Shown here piece after piece: positions 61,501-64,000 of a stretch of 64,000 bases of DNA. Made by a program: the position numbers and the translations under genes. Position 1 is the first letter of the stretch; every line of letters begins with the position of its first letter. The DNA lies in contig JAZDKZ010000007.1 of NCBI GenBank assembly GCA_043802485.1, forward strand, positions 66,048-130,047. The letters run 5' to 3'. The notes below the pieces were generated by a model. It did not search any database, was not told the origin of the DNA, and saw nothing but the letters and a program-made list of their open reading frames with translations. The stretch comes from Candidatus Aenigmatarchaeota archaeon. GTDB lineage: Archaea; Aenigmatarchaeota; Aenigmatarchaeia; Aenigmatarchaeales; Aenigmatarchaeaceae.

Positions 61501-64000
61501 AATAAACATTACAACCTATCCGCTGGTCGCGAATATAATACAGCCAAAAAATAATGTAACCTTCCTGAAAAGGATAGACAATATATTAATTAAAGGTAAT
61601 GTAACAGATGACTGTTCCGCCACTTTAGGAAAGGGTGTCATTAATGCAACAGTAACATTCACAGCCGAAAAAATAAATGATGGGTTTTACAGATCAACAC
61701 CAACATTGTGCAGCGTGTATAACGAAAGTGATGGAGAATATAATTGCACCATACTGAATACAACGCATGCAGGAGTAGACTGGAACTATGGAACTTACAA
61801 CATTACTATGAATGCCACTAAAAACTATTACAACAACTCAATTACGAAAAAAGAACAGGATTCATTCATACTTGCAAGCAAACCTGAGCTTAAGACTATA
61901 ACTGTTTCATCGACCCAGGGTGGTTCGACCGGTGGTTGGGGAGAAAAATGGACCTACTCTATTGAATTGAGGGATAATGATACCAACGCAGTGAATGTTA
62001 GCTTATGGGCGTTCAACCTGAGCGGAACCAACTCATGGGCGATGCTCAATTCAACCGTGTGTGATGGAAGCGGGTCAAATCCTATTTGCCCAAACCCAAC
62101 ATCAAGCTTCCAGACAATCACATTCAGCGGCCATAACTTTACTTGCTCTAATCTAGAAAGTCTATATACAAGGGGAATAGAGTTTAAGTTCAATGCTTCA
62201 GACATTCTCAACTATACCAACCAAAGCTCCAACAGCACTTTCAACTTAGAGAGGGACAACGTCTTTGTCGAGCATATTTCTGGTACTGAAAACAATGTAA
62301 ACAGGGAAGGTGACAGCACAACGCAACTTGTGCTTCAGGTCCAAGATATCGACAGGAATTATGCTAATGTTGGGAGCGGTGTTAATACAAAGATGTTCGT
62401 CACATACAACCAAAGCCAATGGGATACTGGAGAAAATAAAACAACTGATAGCAATGGTTATATAAACTACAGCTTTAACGCAACATGCAGTTATGAAACA
62501 GGGCCGCAGTGGTGGAGGGGTGGAACATATGAGGATTCCTGTTACAAGCCCACCAACAGTTCTAACTGGACTGTCTATGTCTGGGGCCAATTAAAGAACA
62601 ACATACAATTACCAACATATGGTTCGAATTATTTCACCGGAAATCCAGTAACATTAAGGTTCAACACAACATCCGACTGTCCATCAGAAAATTTGATAGC
62701 AAACTCAACATATGCATCAATAGAAACTAGTTTAAGTGGAAGCACGTGGTTCAATTGCACAGACCTCAACAACGAATATGACGGCTGGTATAATTGCACA
62801 TGGACCGACACTTTACAAACGCCAGGGGCATGGGACATAAGACTGAACTCAAGCAAATCGTCAGCGTATTATAGTTCGAATAGCACTGTCTACACTGACT
62901 GGTTTAGTTTGGTAAACTCGCCACCAAACTACAGCGGTCAGAGTGTTACTCCGTCAAGCGGAGGTTGGGGAACTTCATTCAATTATAGTGTAAATGTTAC
63001 TGATGTAGATTCAGACAATATGAACTGTACGTTATTCATATACACGAACGGTGCATGGACTAACAGAGGCATTACATCACTTTCTCCGCCATATCCAAAA
63101 ACGTGTTCATTTGTTGTTGACAATTTGACTTGTAATGATATAGGAACGAACAACTGGTTCAAATGGGAATTGTCAGACGAAGTGAACACTAATAACACGA
63201 CGAACACGACAGGTCCTAATGTAACTGCAAACTCTATAGAACTTATTCATCTGTTTGGTGATGGAGAAATTGTGAATAGAACTTATGGTAATTTGGATTT
63301 GAAAGTCTTTGCTAATGATACTGTAAGAAACAGTGGTATTGGTACAAATGGTACACCGAACGTCACCGTTTACTATAACATCACTGTAAATGGAACTGAT
63401 TATATAAACGAAGGCTCTGTATCAACTGTCAATGGCAACGCAACACTAAACTTTGCTCCGACATGTAGTGATTATGATGTTGGTTTACAAGACTGGTTTT
63501 CCTATGTGTTAGGAGACGGCTGTTATGCGGACCAGAACTCTTCTGTACTTAATTTGACAGTTTATGGTAGTGTAGTTCCATTGATTACAGCTCCGAGTGG
63601 TGAAAAGTATCTAAGGGGTGAAAATGATACATTGTTAAGGGGTAATCTTACAAATGATTGTGATCAGGCATTTAGCAATGCAACTGTAAACTTCACTGCT
63701 ATACATCAAAACAGTTCTACAGAATACATATGCTCATCAACTAACAACGAAGATAATGGTAATTACAATTGTACTATTCTAAACACTACCCACAACAGTT
63801 GGTCAGCTGGTTACTACAATGTAAAGTTCAATATTACTGCTGATTATCACAACTACAATACAACCACGCAGACATACCTTGCCGATGCCAGAGGCTTCCT
63901 TTTGGAGACCAAGCCATTGCTTACTGCTCCGTCAGTATCATCAAGCGGCAACGGAGGATGGGGTGAGACATGGAGGTTCAGCGTCAATGTCACTGACCAG
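46529..64000 (+). CDS. Giant repetitive cell-surface protein, 3'-partial (>=5,824 aa)
   Basis: ATG 46529 (MKSSAKTGQSQLLIPLLVII...ITG). The same frame reads GGWGETWRFSVNVTDQ at the window end. No ORF from this start is in the track, which implies no in-frame stop before the edge (spot-checked by hand, not every codon). Confidence 0.88.
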   Translation, partial: MKSSAKTGQSQLLIPLLVIITSAVVFATNVTMNWTNQTPITGYYMGIPNSSSQEFSFTIEVWANTSISLSKEGDLIKSVLLMDNGSAVPGQKIDFFLNNSPIYSDTTDKNGLIDFPLPFNGTARAVFSGGNYLNPSENEMVFGGKAESVVKRTDSFVLEVLEVEQGEIKIGEPVKWIREFKLTNPKDKDSLAELILDIPDEAFNITVSEKGSKKLVNIAKKIIKENLKAGESREYLLEYYTDSPVLNENLISRYRKLINVSSPIHYSNVPAYTDIEESPIDSIRLYWISDGQRIDVTGDPLYNVSFVDSDGDGLIDRLEWNVPHLSEQLFEVSITVLNPYTYLKDGDNWIVAFETVGTANLTINSTNAGWIEFLTDNLETFDEMSFLDIRCGDASLKDSLQLIDFYGNVYNYSDLSDNNSIEIEHLFIQNYSCDETGYITNNMIRSGYATLQFTFGDQTAFAYDPAVVCNWSTDTVNWADQQGGGGSAWGVANTTWNVGTNCSQAGGPSTGCYIANISINMYGASASPASGGLGFVIFSNNSTQFFPMAIDKTGAYTYGPVDSCGASNNLTGSGWPSGPPNATPNTCNLSSTSRFNVTRYTVNWYIPGKGSISIPTIKYQWCWEDAFPKLDNPVVNGSQSSHSSGWGSTFNFSVALWEPQRQETNVSLWYTQTAGTGWMFAGSRNMTNPSNQTPGNMTNLTMKFLCTGGTITDEYSNDLGVLGAGKYYKFNATDSTSNKNDTYNTYGNIYFIPTKDNVTVTNLTPTADVTINRTDTTSFVVRVYDSENQSYDAGQSGKIWISTYTYNQNTSFLTSTNDTGHLVQSFSNAVWCEGAETNQYYLGVHHWGGGTESDSCVKNNLTEKSNFTLMGSLYNTLNEPDGTSNFTQDDTIDFTVSVLDDCGEDRKIDSTVNITMSHDGTEYWCIASAAGECSIDTDITFPTGWYNVTVVSNKTYHNNGYSLDQDLFYLDPYRGFFNETVDPSSAYYSYNNWNFSVNATSGNTDQMNITLYLRPATGGYSKCTSCLNQTTIECVNCFNQTYYWYRNFTSEETGTWYYQFRMYNHSTGYLETQTTEKSFYVDPVPEIKIFLEDVTQTPPSAQWGGTPFTFNVTVNTTGVNNATVFLWVGNSSGGPWTLIGQENYTIPGSTWQTLNFTNYFGCGDIGTKWFFFNTTNYNMSVNSTTPQSFTITKDTIYLDYSVGYNTTANRAGSQTDLLVFRATNANGTYMSNFPIKYYVTSANTSQTYYSDESFVNGTNSTGHANFYFDPTCLEDYDGAPKFRVGEQQWRAQLNDSELSCYYQNTSSDYIYRNLSVKGNILITITNPDGTANVTQLSPITFLGYSYDDCDDALKLNVTPGYEEIKYYANNSTTYGFDCGQSTIIGANAYQCNWQTNINTPTQAYNGSMFVNRTNYYLNQTLEDAGRGWLFYVIPFREFSGKSVSPMSDLWDHENWNFSVNATSGDYNNETIVLQLKKGSEAWQNCEDVLAECSNMTATNCTHCVNQTYFWHANFTESDAGTWFYKFQMNNSDTLEVDYETSGTDSFNVLLTDVKIFLENVTKYPSSGSWGGGNFTFNVTVNTTGINNATVFLWISNSSDGPWTLLGQKNYTIGGSAWQTLNFSKRFDCSDIGTKYFFFNTTNYNGSKNLTTSQSFTITKDDVIIEYISGNNTTANRKDGQEDDLSVRFKDGNNTLLEGLNVTYYIETNSYVYDSGNSILVDSDGFANYSFNPTCTDPRYDVGHQNWKVAVAPNEYTCYQVNDTDSAGFALNLTVMGDFNISFLWPQTDNKTIGDQVRFEASIWDDCQVELGTTTVRYNATNALFNDECSVVTSPVTGYYACAETPGGWSSTGAREGWYNATINATKSFYYSNITTKSEQGIGHFYLKLDPVLSSQTVTPSSGGWANDRNFSVNVTDDLADNVTVKLWHRSPGGTGSLWEQINGAKWCTDCNNTNVNWTDIEYNCSFVGTVDYKFNATDEESNAHEISASFTIANDNVSVTNQTPIGSAMINRTSTTYFIVELYDTENASYPLDAEGKIWLTTSDVATWESDVDAPTRYSNMSGQINRSMGPIQWGCEETYVLGNHYWKGGSYGSNCPPGLKDNVTGNVLFTLMGTLSNTLQQPLGTQNFTVGSDIHLNGTVLQDGSCGAATGASVDYNITNGTHAFTCSALHQGNGIFNCSWNSAGKSTGWYNVTMISYDSNFHNGTASQTNAFYLRSPILLEDLDIDPDGGGSYGYSPFNFSVNVTASDDENVTVYLYLYNSTHSWLDNQSYCTNCDNTYFEFSKSYDCANIDSWQYKFNATSDTGASNNSLSPAGFSVTADTISIVYGSGNESNVNRSDSMSNYETSFIVRVLDTVKNQYVTDVPLGNVHAYAKINSTTWMELAGSLGTVGNNSTHYNTTFNPNCSFAAGKREWKFNVSSATCYANAESSSYNVTVHGNLSAYYLSPTGGAIYDLGDSVSLSGNLSDECSNDISGSNVQFQLDSDSSTYYCDSPGNLTGNVYSCNWDSTGNDVSLYNVTMISWNNSYNNGTDFEQDAFEIRSIPDLNGADVNPRADGWVKNFNFTVNVTDNLGDNVTVYLWESDDGSEPWTQIGSLQQCENCSNKTLWWIKNYTCSDKANGVSFKFNATDTESNSYETSLGAGDYVGDSRTFNIEMNNIGIEYISGNETNASTTDPTLFVVRVYDIDNSSSYLMNPSATIAFNVTKQGFGSSFYTVGGNSTNSTGYVHYYFLPDQTFASVKQNWTAFTSTSEGCYKINTSGYYNVTTQTHVPLIENETVDIITGGWGDQRTFNVSVYDANDTANVSMWKASNIVGPWNLVHSDNYTDIGNWENFSFLINYTCGDKGTWYYKFNVSDSLNNTNTTAESLQRNYTINKDAVIFEDFYGNNSIANRSANQTDMLYLRLRDGNGTYLSNFNGTFYVTLDQSTGSWPSTGVENFSNSSGYVHYYFNPGCSPKNLVGDQLWKVEVGDSCYETNSTNTSGVYLNLSVMGSINLTFNRPNGLQNFTQEDSILFQGFTYDDCDNSLVPNVTFYANNSTTYSAECSDVQKIGENVFECSWQTTIETTRGWYNTTMQANKSYHYNNFSVNYGSPGLFYLKPVYKIENVSGTPTTQGWGYLNWNFTTKVSSGDPDTSYPVLLYMNKGSPEFTLSCSGSVCLNQTPVDCIYPDCVNQTVFWLRNFTYDDQGTWFFKFELDGEETSGNDIVSVVKDSINITHNLGNNEIVNRSGYQSQMFIVYVNDTVRNQSATNPYTTVYFNVTNNSINYKTYGSNSTNGTGYSNVSFNPDCTYSNGTQNWFGYVYGDSNYNNANSSIFNISIYGDLEPKNVNTYNSTGITDIFFTGDTVNITGYVEDDCDNPISNETGINVTFEIYKNSTYPPQADTFCFDVTYFGNGVYNCLWNSQAFENGTYIIRMNASNVSFHNNGTHTKWGAFGMEVPPNTPPVVENASVTPDPGGWGSVFNFSVDVTDEDPLQNVTVFFWESPDGVAWSLIDNQTCADECTEASSTTMYFIKNDYSCQEQGTRYFKFNASDNSSTANKDSLDDGPYDFNVTKDNIQFLSVVGNEGTVNRSGNQNVFLAIMINDTTRGVLVTSNVTAGRFWVTYDENAWDVGSANRTTNSSSYMNYTFNPNCTPRYNVSNSQKWMAGVLNDTCYVDTNSSNYSLTIKGDLSNSIIGPAGEVAYDPNNITLLGNITSDCNDDSIIDANVTFKLSHEAFTYYAYPNPANNNITFYNATHNVTGTPGGNYSITINSSRSLYNPHNTTTSNAFHHEVDPLLTNEYVSAETAAWGTTFDFYTAVTDDDDTANLTLWIRCTGGNTTNNPDFICSPASNFTAKGSPTSQTCEDCNNQQKSASWISNIPGHIGNYEWFFNVSDLYGGSNNTTVKTFNVTRRNVYFNIIQGNNSNVSRIGTNKTLLQVKLVDAFDDGEIGGVQVKFYVTLDGSVWDSSVLNTTDITTGYGDYYFNPGCPSPFYKTGRQWWRVAFDQTNAYTTGSSANYTVNINSTLNGTVIYPTGQTVFSIGDNIHIIGELRDECEYITNAGSVVFRSGGWSCSPEPANNVGNGTYNCSLDTGSLGVGIYNITMNSSKSYYYDDYTVEQNAFEIRKYPELSNESITPDTEGWGFNYTINLSVHDTDTGDNVNISLWKSVGGGEWTYVASQICSSGLCTNPTSFNFYPQFNCNDYTNGPDINFKFNASDDYGLSDETSNFSATFQKDNVTFTIIQGGGIINRETETRTFTVIVNDSDRNNESVNNSQEVVDGNFWFSYNSAPTYDEGHSVQTNTTGHMSHGFDPNCTYEVGTEYWYVGISGNGCYADTATGQTANTYVLRGQLKSSLYEPMQYDIFNVTDNVTLKWNVYSDCSNEGNITSVSNTVELNNYGNESSCASPQEGALSGNYNCTWDSTGEPEGNWTVNISASNSDYYSNFTSYSNWLYLDNLNATGTDPTVNPSSGGWGTTYTYNITVNDSENDTASCMLYTNTNGTWVYKGIDTITTPDNCSISVNNFNCQDQGTGSYYFIINDTYNVINTSETLGTTSGPNIGKDTVTVTQISEGGYPNYYVNRSSDQTTTMVLLVNDTIKNEQPNNTNVTVWVTTDGSVWDSGNVVNTNNTGYASYIFNPNCSAPFYDVGNQTWIAGTSDYCYEDTNTTSNFSMKIYGDILSTVIEPIGSQTFLRGSNVTIRTNTTDDCQTPINIKTINMTSIQGASEYGCSSIENETDTGFYNCTFNTSSPFLMPARYYKIRVNTTKDDHNYGDMNETDAFFIETEPVIQNESVSPEESGWGSTYTFTVNFTDEDLDTNTVTVWFRKCTDETCTAHSPDWSGANSISNSSVSGINVSVSFNKDWICDDIGYWQYKFNASDSRGYTDETSIHQFNLTRDDIVIEHFYGNNTTFNRSISESRILSVRIWDINRGIYIGSPPVQASGKFWVTNNTLNNFIEVFSTVGSDTSYMNRTWSPDCTFEIGPQKWKVNITNDGCYQDNTSQDFKINITTYPLVANIIQPKNNVTFLKRIDNILIKGNVTDDCSATLGKGVINATVTFTAEKINDGFYRSTPTLCSVYNESDGEYNCTILNTTHAGVDWNYGTYNITMNATKNYYNNSITKKEQDSFILASKPELKTITVSSTQGGSTGGWGEKWTYSIELRDNDTNAVNVSLWAFNLSGTNSWAMLNSTVCDGSGSNPICPNPTSSFQTITFSGHNFTCSNLESLYTRGIEFKFNASDILNYTNQSSNSTFNLERDNVFVEHISGTENNVNREGDSTTQLVLQVQDIDRNYANVGSGVNTKMFVTYNQSQWDTGENKTTDSNGYINYSFNATCSYETGPQWWRGGTYEDSCYKPTNSSNWTVYVWGQLKNNIQLPTYGSNYFTGNPVTLRFNTTSDCPSENLIANSTYASIETSLSGSTWFNCTDLNNEYDGWYNCTWTDTLQTPGAWDIRLNSSKSSAYYSSNSTVYTDWFSLVNSPPNYSGQSVTPSSGGWGTSFNYSVNVTDVDSDNMNCTLFIYTNGAWTNRGITSLSPPYPKTCSFVVDNLTCNDIGTNNWFKWELSDEVNTNNTTNTTGPNVTANSIELIHLFGDGEIVNRTYGNLDLKVFANDTVRNSGIGTNGTPNVTVYYNITVNGTDYINEGSVSTVNGNATLNFAPTCSDYDVGLQDWFSYVLGDGCYADQNSSVLNLTVYGSVVPLITAPSGEKYLRGENDTLLRGNLTNDCDQAFSNATVNFTAIHQNSSTEYICSSTNNEDNGNYNCTILNTTHNSWSAGYYNVKFNITADYHNYNTTTQTYLADARGFLLETKPLLTAPSVSSSGNGGWGETWRFSVNVTDQ
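48461..64000 (+). repeat. ~1-kb (~330 aa) tandem modules within the giant ORF
   Basis: GWG-type domain starts near 48461, 49480, 49833, 50875, 51230, 52232, 53220, 54202, 54883, 55877, 56904, 57902, 58903, 59897, 60881, 61931, 62960, 63953. Confidence 0.85.

Noticed and set aside
46475..63207. Many short ORFs listed in the track across 46.5-63 kb
   Set aside because: They are antisense or off-frame shadows of the single giant + strand ORF

Overview
Compact archaeal chromosome segment. Gene content, mostly leaderless genes, MKG|Q pilin-like leaders and intron-rich tRNAs point to a DPANN archaeon, possibly Aenigmarchaeota (lineage inferred, not shown). Bases 1-45 kb are largely housekeeping. 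Translation: pelota, NMD3, aIF-1A, Dim2, GlyRS, TrpRS, PheRS alpha/beta, LeuRS. Other core genes: pdaD, thermosome, MscS/MscL, topoisomerase VI, pyrG, MinD, FKBP, ftsZ-secE-spt5-rpl11. Also present are a type IV pilus locus, a splicing endonuclease (EndA), a CBS-HPF protein, five tRNA genes and interspersed AT-rich orphan genes. Four of the tRNAs carry six BHB introns, four at non-canonical positions, and one is a rare tRNA-Ile(UAU). The EndA has Ser in place of its catalytic Lys plus a Lys-rich loop insertion. The last 19 kb hold the most unusual locus: two divergent winged-helix genes, one encoding a membrane-anchored wHTH-TM-Ig protein, inside a dense array of TGTCGA sites. They lead into a giant ORF (46529 to past the window end, >5,800 aa) built from ~1-kb Cys/Trp/sequon-rich repeats. 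The ORF track misses this gene, an ORF running off the left edge, and two probable microproteins.
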